64,000 bases of DNA from Octopus sinensis (GCF_006345805.1 NC_043003.1:34410001-34474000); one strand, 5' to 3'; positions 26,869 through 41,312 are shown, numbered from the stretch's first letter. Notes: a model not told the origin generated them from the sequence alone. A program made the numbers and translations.

Positions 26869-27476
26869 ATATATATATATGTCTACAACAGTCTGGTGGA
26901 ATCAATACGGTTGATGCCGAATATGAGCACTACTGAGGCGATATATGCAGGGGAAAATAATTAAAAGAGGAACAGAAAAATAATTCCAGAGGATTGGTAT
27001 TTAGCCGAATGGATACAAAAATATGGTGAAGAATTACAATTCACGAAAAAATTACTGTTAAAATGAAAGAAATTAAGGCCGTTGAGTACAAATATGTACA
27101 AGTGCTACAGTAAACGTACCCACACACAGATAAATATAGATATATGTCAACATACTAGATATAGAATTTGAGAAATGTTGTACAAAAAAGCTGCAGAAAG
27201 TGACTAGGAAACATTAGTAATAATTTTTTTTCAGAATTTTAAACAATTTTCACAAAGTTCTAGTTCGAAGAATATTTTAATTAATTACCGACCATAATAA
27301 ATATTTTATTAATGCTATCACATTTATTATTTTGAATTTCTGTGATTCAATCAACACCTAACTAGCGTGAAGTATGTCTGAGGCATTTATGGGATAGAAT
27401 GGAATATCATGAACTGCAATTAATTAAACTGAACAGTCCTTTTTACCATAGATATATTTATGACTACTGAATTACA

Positions 27477-27581
<105 letters not shown>

Positions 27582-27591
27582 ATATATATAT

Positions 27592-27766
27592 CGTTAGCTA
27601 CTACACACATCTTTTTTTTCTCTCCTTGTTTTTTCTGTGTACCTTTCTGTAGAAGAGCGTAGGCTCGAAACGTAAAAGACTTTTTCTATTCCTGAGCGCT
27701 ATACTAATACATTTGTTGTTTGTACACCACCTACCTTCGTCTTTTGTCTATTTTCGTAAACTTTCC

Positions 27767-27769
<3 letters not shown>
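27592..27769 (+). mobile_element. Probable Penelope-like terminal fragment inside a (TA)n tract, with minimal hammerhead-like motif
   Basis: Flanked on both sides by (TA)n. Contains cttt-CTG[tag]AAGA-G cgtaggct C-GAAA-CGTA-aaag at 27643-27678. Confidence 0.55.
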
Positions 27770-27847
<78 letters not shown>

Positions 27848-28182
27848 CATACACCTATGTATGTGTGTGTGCGCATGTATATGTATATAAGTAATAATAC
27901 AAATGGGCCATTTGCGTTATTACTTACATTACCACATTCGGAACCTTTCCTGTGTTGGATCTGGAGACTACAGTAGACCGAGGACTGCATAGCAGAGTAT
28001 ACTATTGTGGAATTCCATGTTTACGTTGGGTGTTTTTGGTCTACACTTGTGATAGATATTTCCATATTTTCTTTAATATGTGTGGGTATACATTGTTAAT
28101 ACACAGGTGTGCTATCTCCGACTCTACCTTGGCGCCTTTGTTATTAAAGTACCTTTATTCTATTGGGAAAAATGTCTTCTGC

Positions 28183-28330
28183 TATAGCCTTGTACCGACC
28201 AAACCCTTGTAAGTGGATTTGGCAGACGGAAACTAAAAGAAGCTTGTCGTATATATATGTGTATATGTGTGTGCGTGTGTATTTATGTGTATGCGCCTTT
28301 GTGTCTGCCATGCTTCAACTTCTATGTCTT
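28183..28330 (+). mobile_element. Family B SINE middle fragment
   Basis: gaccaaacccttgtaagtggatttggcagacggaaactaaaagaagcttgtcg. Confidence 0.7.
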
Positions 28331-28364
28331 GATACATTCATCCGTCATAGATGGTTTATTTTCT

Positions 28365-28560
28365 GTAGCCCTATTTTTGTCTTAGTCGAGCAGACTCAAT
28401 ATCAAATATATTCCAGCAATGGCCATCGTATCTTTCTGTATTTCTACGATTATATTCTGTAGAATATCCCACAGTTCTACAAACTTTGATGCGTGATTTG
28501 AAGGACAAATGCCACTAGTATTTCTTGCCGATTTCGAGCGGACCACGGAAAGACATTCTT
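28365..28560 (-). mobile_element. Family Z copy
   Basis: tgtagccct...gtcgagcagactcaatatcaaa...ttccagcaatggccatc and gcgtgatttgaagga...tatttcttgccgatttcgagcggacc. Confidence 0.5.
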
Positions 28561-29217
28561 TATTCTCATGCCAAAGAAATTTTCCTATGGATGATTAGAA
28601 CTCAACATTAATGTGATCGAAATGATGCGTATTTCTGTGTGTATGTGTCATGTAGTGTGGTGTAGTGTGCATGTGTGAATGTGTGTGTGTATGTTTGTGT
28701 ATGAAACACAACCTAAAGAAGAAACTGCCTATTTAGAGCGAAACAGAGATGTATGCATCTGAATGCTTTAATGTATGAGTTGCTCGCAAAAACTACCATT
28801 ATAAATTATCAACAGATACCTACTCCATCACACAGAGTGGTTAGCTCCACTGCTTATAGTCCGTGCTAGTTGATTCAATTGGGCAGTATACTCGACAAAC
28901 TTACCAACAGCCGAAATAGCAAAGATACCCTTAGAAACCGAAATATTCTATTACATTATATAGATTATGAGTTTATTGTATATTGCATATGACATGCGCC
29001 TCATGTAAGCTCACATTCTGTAAACAGCCGATTGCTAAACAAATTAGGCGCTCTCTGACACATGCAGTAAGGCGACACACGATGATATACACATGCATAA
29101 TATGTGCATAAGTCTATCACATACACATGCAATGCAAACGCATAAAAACGCATACACACGCATACAAACGCATACACACATAGCAGTGCGTGCGTGCGAG
29201 TGTATGTGCGTGTGTGT

Positions 29218-29254
<37 letters not shown>

Positions 29255-29356
29255 ATGAGGGTATATGTATAGAATTATTTTGTGAAGAAGCTTATCAACA
29301 AATTGCCTCACATTTTGTCACAGACATTTACATGCACCGTCTCTCACTCACATACA

Positions 29357-29427
<71 letters not shown>

Positions 29428-29819
29428 AGCACACACACACACACACACACGCACGCACACACACGCACACACACATATATATATACGTACAGAGGCATCT
29501 GCTCACGCATGCTCAGAAAAGACAATGTTAGACAAAACTACGTAAATTCATTCATAACGTACAGCAAACATAATTACATTTATCCATTAGCACAAGAAAA
29601 GTGAAATATAAAGAGAGAAAGGGTGAAGTTGCGTATATACCCCTATTCAATCTTTCTATATAAATAAATACTTTCGACGCCAAAACAAAAGAGAAACCTA
29701 AAAAGAGTCACATTGTGAAATAGACACATGTCTTGCCTAATTCCATAACTTACTACGCATGCGTACAAGTAGCATAACCACTAAGACTTATTTCTACTTT
29801 TATTGTATTTATATCTTTG

Positions 29820-30045
29820 AGACGAGCGCACCAGAGAAAAATGTCTAGCGGTGTTTCTTCCGAGTTCAAATTCCATCGAAGTTTTCTTTACCTTTTATCT
29901 TTTCGGTCTCGCTAGAGTAATTACAGTTAATCACTGGTACTTATTTTATAAACGCAGTTGAGCAGTTGAGTAGATGTGATCAACTAGTCCCCACTACCCC
30001 GCAAAATATCCGGCCTTGTGCCTAAATTAGAAGCGACTATATTTA
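29820..30045 (+). mobile_element. Decayed family A SINE (short tail)
   Basis: ccgagttcaaattccatcga...ccggccttgtgcctaaattagaa. Confidence 0.6.
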
Positions 30046-30420
30046 TCTCTAATTTACGTAACGTCTAAACAACTTAAAATATTATTCCCTAGCTTTCACG
30101 TTCATCCATGTTCACACATTGCACTGTTTCTGCCGTGATACAATAGCATGCCTGACACCCCTCCGTCTCTAACAAAATTAGTTACTTTTTATTGAAGTTA
30201 TCAGGTTGCTATTTAGATTTTATTTTTTTAATTATATATCACAGGTGTAGAGGAAGGTTTTTGTCTTCTAACTTCTTGTGTTGTCCCAGTTGATCGAAAA
30301 GTTTCAACTTAAATATGAGATCATTCAGTATTTATTTAAGTTTAGTATAGAAAGCGTTTCCTTCTAATATATTTTGCTCTGTTGTACTGTCGACGTTCAT
30401 AATCAACATTACATCTGCCT

Positions 30421-30465
<45 letters not shown>

Positions 30466-30659
30466 TATGTATGCTTGTATGTATGTATTTATGTAAGTAT
30501 GTATGTACGTATGTATATATGAATGTGAATATGTATGTACGTATGTATTTACGTATAAATGTATTTATGCACACACACACATACACACACAAACAAACAA
30601 ACGCACATATTCACATATTTATATAGGATAAAGGACATGGATCCTTCCCGAATAATAAT

Positions 30660-30866
30660 TCATAGGGCCCGCCACCCGGTTTCTGTCGTGTATATTCTTG
30701 CCTGGATGGTATACCTGTCCGTAGCAGAATTACTCATTTCTGCCAGCTAAGTGGACCGGAGCAACGTGAAATGAAGTCTTTTGCACAAGATTCCGGTCCA
30801 GGAATCGAAATCACAATCTTACAATCATGAATCCAACACTCTAACCACTAAGCCACACAACTCCAC
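30660..30866 (-). mobile_element. Family C SINE
   Basis: ttactcatttctgccagctaagtggaccggagcaacgtgaaatg...ccaggaatcgaaatc...ctaaccactaagccac. Confidence 0.8.
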
Positions 30867-31075
30867 CAGTAGCTCCTATTGAAGATTTCATACGTTTCAA
30901 TTGCCATAGTCTGTATTCTCCAAACAAGTCAGTCATCTGATCTTAAGGAGTTTTCTCTTTTGCTTCTGTATAGATTATACATACTCATAGAGGGAATTAT
31001 TGTCTATGAAACTGGTGAAAAAAATCATTTAGTTTACACCTCAACTCATTATATTACGGATGTGAGTCTCTACAG

Positions 31076-31294
31076 CAGAGGTTTACAACCAGGGTTCCGC
31101 GGAACCTTAGGGTTCCGCCAGTACAGTCCAGGGGTTCCGCAAGGAGTTACAAAACTGCTAAAATCGGCAATAATTTTTACGTCTCCTGTGCAGATATGTG
31201 TGCATAAGACTATTAAATTATTGCACAGGGGTTTCTCGAGCCAGTGGAATGTTTCCTTGGGGTTCCGCTCCAGCAAAAAGTTTGAAAAACACTG
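31076..31294. mobile_element. hAT/Charlie-type MITE
   Basis: Imperfect TIRs CAGAGGTTTACAAC / rc CAGTGTTTTTCAAAC. 8-bp TSD ctcTAcag (31068-75) / ctcttcag (31295-302). Repeated subterminal GGGTTCCGC motifs. Confidence 0.8.
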
Positions 31295-32792
31295 CTCTTC
31301 AGTAATACTTATAGAATGCATTGCGCCTCGATATTTTCCCCTCGGCCATTATGTTGTATTTCGTTCTTTACTGAAAACCATTACTTCAGTTACTCGATCG
31401 GTTTCTCCTTTTGATCCTTCGCATGTCTCTCATTCACTTGTCCCTCTCACCTTTCTTCAATTTCTTTCTAGCTATTTCATTCGTCCTCATTCTCATTCCC
31501 TTGCTCAGCGCACAAGAGAATGACAAATATTTGTCAGGAACTTAACTAGCTAAACAATTAAAAAGCTAAACAAATTAATGAGCTACAACTGATGACGGCA
31601 ATGGTGGTTGTGGAAGCAGATTGCAACGGCTACATAATTAGCGATGGTGAATGTGAAGGTGATGGGAGGAATTTGTGGAGATATTCCTGTTCTTTAAAGT
31701 TAATCAACCCTGATAAAGCAGACCTACAAACTTACTTACATTACATATATACATACACTCATATTCCTATGCATGTGCACTTTCATGCATGCATACATAC
31801 ATACATACATACATACATACAGCAATACATACACACATCAATACATGCATACATACATATATAATTATATACATATATATATATATATATATATACATAC
31901 ATACATACATACATATGTACAAGCATTTATACATATACATACATGCATATACACATACACATACATACATAGTTATATACATATACATATACATATACAT
32001 GCATAACTACATATAAATGCACAATCACACACTCACATATAGAGACATAAACCGGGACCACATGCATATGTGTATGTGTGCGCGCATTTGTGTGTGTGAG
32101 TGTGTGTGTGCGTGTTTATACACACGCGCACACACACACACGCACACACACACATGCACACAACACACACACACACACACACACATATGCTCTTCTCCCT
32201 ATGTTCCGCTGTTTTCTTCAAGAACAATAGACTTTCACAAATAAGTGAATGAACAAATACATAAAATATGAATGTCGATTGAAAAAGATGAAGAAGAAAT
32301 GTGGAGGAAATAATTAATTAGGTCGATTTTTTTTTTTATGAGTTAGTGTCAATTAGAATATTGCCAATTATAATGTTGAGGGTATTAGAGTAGATGATGG
32401 CAAAAATAATGTTCCCCATTGGAAACACATTATGCATATATATATATATGTGCGCACGGGCGTACGTTCAAACACATACATAAACTGAAATCATCATAAA
32501 AATCTCACAATCTTGAGACAGAATGTGTCATACACGCACACACACACACACAGACACGCATACACACAGACACATGCACACACACACACACACACAAACA
32601 CGCATATGGGCATATATACGCACATACATATTAACGTTTGTATACAGAAAGTAAGTGTACTCGTATGTATATCATATATGTATATAAAATTTATAAGTGC
32701 ACACACACACACACACAAATACACACACACACAAATACACACACACACACATACTCACAAAGGGATGTTAAAACACTTATTTCAAAGTACTT

Positions 32793-33220
32793 TAAGGCGG
32801 TCAGCTGGCAGAATCGTTAGCACGCTGGACGAAATGCTTAGTAGTATTTCGCCCGTTGCTACGTTCTGAGTTCAAATTCCACCGAGGTCGACTTTGCTTT
32901 TCATCGTTTTGGGGTCGATAGATCAAGTACCAGTTACACACTGGGGTCGATGTAATCGACTTAATCCGTTTGTCTGTCCGTGTTTGTCCCCTCTGTGTTT
33001 AGCCCCTTGTGTTGTGGGCGGTAAAGAAATAGGTATTTCGCCCGTTGCTACGTTCTGAGTTCAAATTCCACCCGAGATCAACTTTGCGTTTCATCGTTTT
33101 GGGGTCGATTAATTAGTACCAGTGAAACGCTGGAGTCGAGGTAATCGACTAGCCCCCCTCGCCCCCCACCCCACCCCACACACTAAATTTCAGGCCTTGT
33201 GCCTATAGTAGAAAGGATTA
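32793..33220 (+). mobile_element. Composite family A SINE with nested AAAGAAATA-tailed segment and 76-bp internal duplication
   Basis: Head taaggcggtcagctggcag; duplicated body at 32844-32919 and 33033-33109; short tail ggccttgtgcctatagtagaaagga. Confidence 0.9.
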
Positions 33221-33810
33221 TTTTAAAGCATTTTAAAGAATAACTGAAGGAATTAATGTTGGTCTGAATCTATACTGATAGTGGAGGCAAATTTGTCGTT
33301 AAATCCCAGTCAAGTTGATCTTCACGATACACACTCTAGCACGCACATGTATGCCTTTATATATCTATGAGGATACATGTGTATTACATATTGTAATGGT
33401 TGGGATTTGACAATATATTTGATACAATTGTCAGCATAGAGTAACAATGCTTCAGTTTTTACTTTTAAATGTTCTTCAGAATTATAATATTATTTCGAGG
33501 CAGCTTTTTATAACCACTTATTAAGTAATATATTATAGAATAGTTTTTAAAATAATTATTAAAAAATCACTAAATTATCAAATCGAGGAGGATGGTAGTC
33601 GTGTAAAGTTAATACTTCATCAACTTATTTGCGTCCTAGCCACCGATGTATCCTTTTGGTTTAGTTTCTTTTATTTTTCTTTCTTTGTTTCTCTTTTTTC
33701 TTTTCTTTTTTGTTCAAAGTTTTTGTCTGACAAATCTGTTGCCTCAAAATTAACTGATCATTTCAGCTATCCATAACGTTATAAATATCCCAGCCCTTTA
33801 AATATATAAC

Positions 33811-33859
<49 letters not shown>

Positions 33860-33894
33860 GTCTGTCTCTCTGTCTGTCTCTCTCTACCTCTCCC

Positions 33895-33926
<32 letters not shown>

Positions 33927-33942
33927 GTATATATTATATATA

Positions 33943-33983
<41 letters not shown>

Positions 33984-34193
33984 TAGATAGATAGATAGAA
34001 AGACAGATAGATAGATAGATGGCTAGATAGATAGATATATATGTATATATTTGTTATGTGCATGTGTATATATATATATATATATATATATTGATAGATA
34101 GAGAAAGAATGAGACAGAAAGGAAGAGAGAGAAATATAGATGCGAATATATATTTGTGTGTTAGCGTGAATCCATGTTGTTTGTGCGTGTGTG

Positions 34194-34232
<39 letters not shown>

Positions 34233-34764
34233 CACACGCATACACATACACGAAGAAAATAAATGTCTTGCAGTTCTTTTTATTTTCTCACAAAAGCAAT
34301 GCTCTAAAACACGACTGGTCTCTATCATAGTTCGGTTAAGAATCTATTCTGGAAATGTTCCTTTGAATTAAGTACTCTATCTATGAAGCACTCTAAGGAA
34401 TATATCTACAAGTCACATCCTTGAAATGTTGGCAGTTGTTTTGCAATCTCATAAGATATCTGGCCAGGTCATGTAGGTGCCAGCTGTAGAGGAGTTACAC
34501 ATTGCTTTTGGTCTGTTGCCAAGTTGCCAAATACTATGTTTGTTGAACTCTGCTAGACCGCCAGCAGCAAATTATTCAGTACAAAGAAAAAAGTGGGGAA
34601 CTTTCAAAGTGAGTATAGAAATCTTCATAGGAAACTACGCAGGTGTGAAGTGAATACAGCGAATTAATAGAAATAGAAGACATCAGAAGCCAGGCAGGCA
34701 AGACTGACAGATAGAGTTTCAGAGCCACATGCGCATGCGCTCTCATATTCGCACAAACCATACG

Positions 34765-34797
<33 letters not shown>

Positions 34798-35081
34798 ACA
34801 CACACACACACACAATGCACATACACACCAGCATACGCACACATATACACACAGAAGGAAAGATGACTGAAAATACAAATGGAAATGAAAATATCGGGGC
34901 AATGTATGTGTGTGTTGAGTTGAATATATATATATATATATATATATTATAATATATATATATATTCACACACATATATGCATATTAAAACTCGTTCTCT
35001 GTCTTTCTCTCCCTCTTTCTAGATACACACACATGCACACACACCAAGCACATACACATATATATAGATAGACAAACAGGC

Positions 35082-35120
<39 letters not shown>

Positions 35121-35282
35121 AAGATAGAGAGAGAGAGAGAGAGAAAGAGAGAAAAGAGAGAGAGAAAGAGAAAAGAGAGAGCGAGAGAGAGAAAGAGAGA
35201 GAGAGATGACAGAATGAGAAGGAAGACGATACATGGGTGATGCTGCAGATAGTGTGCATCACAGAGGGAGAGATAGAGATAG

Positions 35283-35333
<51 letters not shown>

Positions 35334-35843
35334 TAAACGCAAAGAAGTATTGTATCAGAGGGAGAGATGAAAAGGATGGATTATGAAAGAAGATCGTCTT
35401 TGGAGACTCAAATAAATGATGATGATGATGATGAGGGTGAAAAAGGAGGAGGGAGAAGAAAAAGCAATCAAGGGCAAGAGATTAGAAGAGCTGCGAATGC
35501 GCATGAAAAGGTGAACGTTACCTTTTATTGTAAGAAGGGAAAAGTAGACCAAAGTGGGTTTCATGTTATTGTTTAGCTAAGTGTTTGTTAAAATGTCTGA
35601 CAAGGAATGTTTTAGTAAGAAAGGGAGAAAAAAAACTAGAAAGAAAGAAAGAAGGAAACGATGAACGAACGAACGAACGAGTGAATGAATGAGTGAATGA
35701 AGAGAAAGAAATAGTGAGAAAGAGATAGAAAGCAGGAGTTAAGTAAGAGTAAGATGTACGAAGGAGATAAACGCAGATGAGTAATGAACACGAGTGTATA
35801 ACAAATAAATAATAATGCAAGAGAAAATGAAATGAAAATTATA

Positions 35844-35897
<54 letters not shown>

Positions 35898-35930
35898 ATA
35901 TATTATATATATATATATATTATATAATAT

Positions 35931-36004
<74 letters not shown>

Positions 36005-36945
36005 GTATGTATACTGAGGTGGACAATGTTTTATGAAAAAAGATAGTGATTGAGAGAGGGAGAGAACTGAGAGAGAAAGAAAGGGTGACTATTAATAACT
36101 TGGAGTCAGAAAATTATGAATTAACGTTTACTAAATAAGAGGGCGCAAAGATAAAATAAGAAAGACCGAGTTAGAATGGAAGACGGGAAAAATGAAAGAA
36201 TAAAGTAGAAGGAAGAAAATGAGTTCGAGAAGGGACAGATATAGGGAAGAAGAAAAAAAGAGAAAAAGAGAGAAAGTACACGGAGTTTTGCAGAAAGAGA
36301 AGGTAATAGAGGAAGCAAGTTAATAAAGAGACACAGACGTGGAGAGAGAGATGGAAAGAGAGAAAAATTGAGAAATGGGAATAAATGGACAAATAGATGA
36401 AGAGAAAATAAGAAAAACAATTTCAATGTAGCGAAGGAGGGGAGCTTTCGTGCGGAGAGTCGATTTCATTCTGGTCGATACTTCATATTCGAAAATATTC
36501 TTGCCAAACCAATGATTTTCTCCTACTTCTGCTTCTTAATAAGACTAAATTTCAGTAGAGCCCAACAGAGGCCAGATCTTGCAAGGAAGAGCAATGTGGA
36601 GAGGATAAAGGAAGGTCAAAATGGGAAAGTGGCAAAAACAGATATCACTCTTTCTTGACCTGTAGAAGTTGAAAATAAAGTTGCTAGATCTTTGAAACTA
36701 CTTTAGAAGAGTATTGTTATTGTTTGTTTTGATAGATTTTTGTTGTTAGATTTTGCTGTTCTTGCTGCTGCTGTCGTATTGATGAAGGTTTTAACGACGA
36801 CGATGACGATGACGACAGTGGTGGCGGTGGTGGTGGCGGCGGTGGTAGCGGTGGTGGTAGTGGCGGTGGCGGTGGTGGTGGTGCTGGCTGCGGCGGTAGT
36901 GGTGGTAGTGGTGGTGATGATGATGGTGGTGGTGGTGGTTGTGAA

Positions 36946-37003
<58 letters not shown>

Positions 37004-38144
37004 GTGATGATGATGTGGAAGAAGAAAGGGAGAGGAATTAGGTTGAAGGAGATGAGTACCGAGATGATGGCGAGGAGCAGGATGTAGTGGCGGGAGAAGC
37101 TTTATTATTGTCTGAATTGTGAATATATTCCTGTGATGTGCATGTGGATTATCATGTAATAACATTTTATTTTTGCTGTTGTTGTTTATACTGTTTCGTT
37201 GTCGTCGTCGTCGTCGTCGTCATCGTTGCACGTTTGTAAAAGCTATTGACTTGGAAAACTTTGGAAATGTTTCAATTCACATCTTCGTCATCGCCGCCGC
37301 CGCCGCCGCCGACGTCGTCACCGTCGTCATCGTCATCGTCATTCCTGTTGTTCTCCTTCATCTTCTTCTCCATCTCGCTTGCCAATGTTTCTTTATTGGC
37401 TGGGGATTATTCGTTGGTAGTTCCACATAAGGAACAAGGAAGAAGAGAGATTATAATGTGCAGGTGGTGCTGGATCAAGTTCTAGCGTTTGGATCCATAC
37501 CTCAAGCTGTCATAGGTCATGTGAGTAAGGCATGAGATAACCGAAAGGATTCTTCCACGTGACTGGAAATGACACAGCGTTGTGGGAAGTTAGCTGGAAA
37601 AATCTATAATACTCTTAATGCATTAATGTTTATTGTTCATGTAAGACTATTCGCTTTCTCACCGACTTCTTGGCCGATCTTGCAAACACCTACTCAAAAT
37701 ATTAGCAGCAATATGCAGTGAGGTCTTTCGGAAGACAAGTAAGGTTAAGACCTCTACAAAACATCTTATTGATATATTTCAACAACATTTTAGCTTATTT
37801 TAGCCTAAACACTTCTGCAATTAATCTCTTGAATGAATAATTATGTGTATAGCTGTTTAGTATTTATCTGTATTTTGGTAATATTTTTACAACTTTTGTA
37901 ATTATCTATGCAATAAATATACTCTTATATGCAGAGGATTATAGTTGGTCATGAATTTTTTCCCCTATCTTTTGCACAAAATGAGGATTTTGTTGGAAAT
38001 CGAAAGAACGTGCGTGGCATGGGAATATTTTCAGGTTGAATTTCTGGGCCAATCATGCAGAAAAAATGACATTAGTTACATTATACACAAGATACTTCAC
38101 ACGAAAGTATGTTGCTTGTGTTCTATGTTGTCGCTGAGTATTTT

Positions 38145-38220
38145 TAGCCCAAGATCAGCTCTGACAGGGCGGTCCTATAATGAAAGGCCGTGCAGCCATA
38201 GTTACACTGTCTTCTATTCT
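38145..38220 (-). mobile_element. Family Z fragment
   Basis: tttagcccaagatcagctctgacagggcggtcctataatgaaaggccgtgcagccat. Confidence 0.5.
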
Positions 38221-38374
38221 TGAAAGTTAACATTATCCAATGTCATCTTTTAGAGGTGACATGGATTTCTCTGCTGTTTTTAGCAGGTTGAACAACCACA
38301 TACAATATTTTCATTACCTCTTACTGTATATTGTTTGCCAGAAACGGTAAATCATAATAATCCTTTCTATTATA

Positions 38375-38535
38375 GGCTAGATCGACCCCAGTGCTTAACT
38401 GGTACTTATTTCTTCGATTTCGAAATGATGAGAGGAGGGAAATCAAAGTCGGCCTCAGCAGAAGTTGAACTCGGAACATAAAGACGGAAGAAATGCCGCT
38501 GTGCATTTTGCCTGGTGTGCCAGGTCGCCGCCTTG
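38375..38535 (-). mobile_element. Family A SINE
   Basis: gatcgaccccagtgcttaactggtactt...gaagttgaactcggaac...gtcgccgcctt. Confidence 0.75.
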
Positions 38536-38784
38536 GGAAATCATGATAATGATAACTATTAATAAAGAAAGAATCAGTGATAGATTTCTCATATGTACAC
38601 ACACACACACACAGCCAGACACACAGACAGACGCTCACACATACACGGCGCAACACAACACAACAATATACACTCACTAACACTCGAAAAATGAAGTAGT
38701 TAGAGATGGGGAGGCAGGACATGGGACCGAGATAACGTAATAAGTAAGTTGTTTAAATATTAGAAGATATTAAATATTAGAACA

Positions 38785-38819
<35 letters not shown>

Positions 38820-40519
38820 TAAGAAGAGAAGGCGAGAGGATGTGTAAACGGTAGACACACATACACGCGGAGAACTATAGTTTCGTATGTCCGTGTATAT
38901 ACTAAACTGTGAGTACACATATAAATTTAAGCTTAAGCTACTTTTGATTTAGTCTCTGTAGCTTTCTCATATTTATTCAAGAGAATACATGAGAGTACAC
39001 AGCCAACTTTTTGATGTTGTAGAATTTCTAAGGGAAAGGACGTCTTTGTGCTCTGTCAAATCGTTCATTCATTCAGCAGCAGATGTAGTTGACGTTTGTA
39101 TGGAAGATACATCAAATGCTAGTGGCGAACTTATTTTAATGGTCACTTGCTGATAAGCAAATGCACAATAAACTGATCTATTGGTTAAATTCGTGAAGTT
39201 CAGATACGTCCAGTCGAGAGATTTAACTGTTGTTCGATTGAGGTCGTATTCCTGACAAATCTTCTTAGGCCCATTTACTAATTTCTAGTGACGATTTGTC
39301 AAAGAAAATTCAAACGAGCCTCTGTCAGTTCCTGAAGTATGGTTTTGGTTATATTCAATCTCTCTTTTCTCTTTTTTTTTTTTTTGGAAGCAATAAAACT
39401 ATCAATGAAGAATACCAAAATTAAAAAAAAACAGGAAAGAGAGAGTAAAAGAAAGAAAAAGTAGGAAGAGTATTAGGTTTAAGGTGACAGGGAAATTTGA
39501 TATGATATAAAACCTAACAGCTTCACTTCAAACTCTGATAGTAAGTTTTCTTTTATTTGTATCAATATATAGTGTATCAAAAGTGAATAACACAAAAATA
39601 CTTCAAAAGTGATCGATACTCAAGGAGATTAAATTTAGTCTTTAATATTGCACCATAAATGTGATCAGAAGCGATATTGCTTTAATTCTACATTTGAATG
39701 GTTACTCACATTCATGTATTTCACAAGTGCCCCAAATTTATGTACTTCAAAAAGAATCGCAAAATCACACACCACAGGAAATGTATACCGTTGGTGAGTA
39801 AACAACAACAACAACAACAACAGAAACAAGAAGAAAAAAAATCACAAGAACAGCAACATGAACTGACATTAGAAAGAATGGCTTTCATAAGGTCTCATCT
39901 CTTTCCTTTTATTCAATCAAATAGTGTTTCTTTACTCTCAAGCTATATAAAATCCCGGTGCAGGGATATAAAAAGTTTATAAAAAAAAAATTCAAAGCTT
40001 TATCAAGAGACAGGAGCGGATACGCTCTCTACCTCAGGGTAAAAAATTCAAAGAAGCTGTACTTCACAGGCCGGCTTCGGCTGACTGCATTGCCTTTCTA
40101 TTTTATATGAGATAGCCGGAAGCACAACTAAAGCCGTCCCATTGGTAATGTGATCCCACTAGAGATTCAATTCTGATTTCTCAGATGATACACTCAACTC
40201 TAAATGAACTTTCACCCAATTAGCACCAATCTAAAGATTTTTTTATCTTTGCATCTTAAATCATTTCAACACAAGCGTAAACATATACATAATATGCAGA
40301 CATATATGTATGTATATAAGAAAAAGAGAGAGCGATAGACAAAGATTTGGATACTTAAGTAACACTTTCATATAATCAGTTATCAGTTCGATCCCGTTTC
40401 ATGTATTATTTTTGTACTCGTTTCTATGAAACCTGCACACGAACTGTACATAAACAACTGCCTAATGTATAACAGTTCTCTACACTTGGAGTTACCTTGC
40501 ACGAGGGCTTCAGCAACAA

Positions 40520-40575
40520 CGTGTGACTAGGATATGCGTGTGACTAGGATATGCGTGTGACTAGGATATGCGTGA
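40520..40575. repeat. 17-bp tandem repeat x3
   Basis: cgtgtgactaggatatg repeated three times perfectly, plus a partial copy. Confidence 0.95.
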
Positions 40576-40700
40576 CGTTGCTTATATAACATGAAGTAAT
40601 CTAATATTAAACACCAATGGAAAATTTACCCTGGGTATATATTTACCACGCTGACACTAATGAAAGCTACATACCGCCCATATTTCATTTCTAACATTAA

Positions 40701-41312
<612 letters not shown>

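Noticed and set aside
34725-34740. NRF1-like TGCGCATGCGC
   Set aside because: Similar strings arise in decayed (CA)/(TG) tracts here, for example near 21100.
38989-39290. Open frames on both strands (MRVHSQLFDVVEF... and ...KKICQEYDLNRTTVKS...)
   Set aside because: No recognisable domain and no convincing pair of splice sites.
40520-40575. Regular short repeats as a CRISPR-like array
   Set aside because: Head-to-tail copies without spacers, eukaryotic context, no cas genes.
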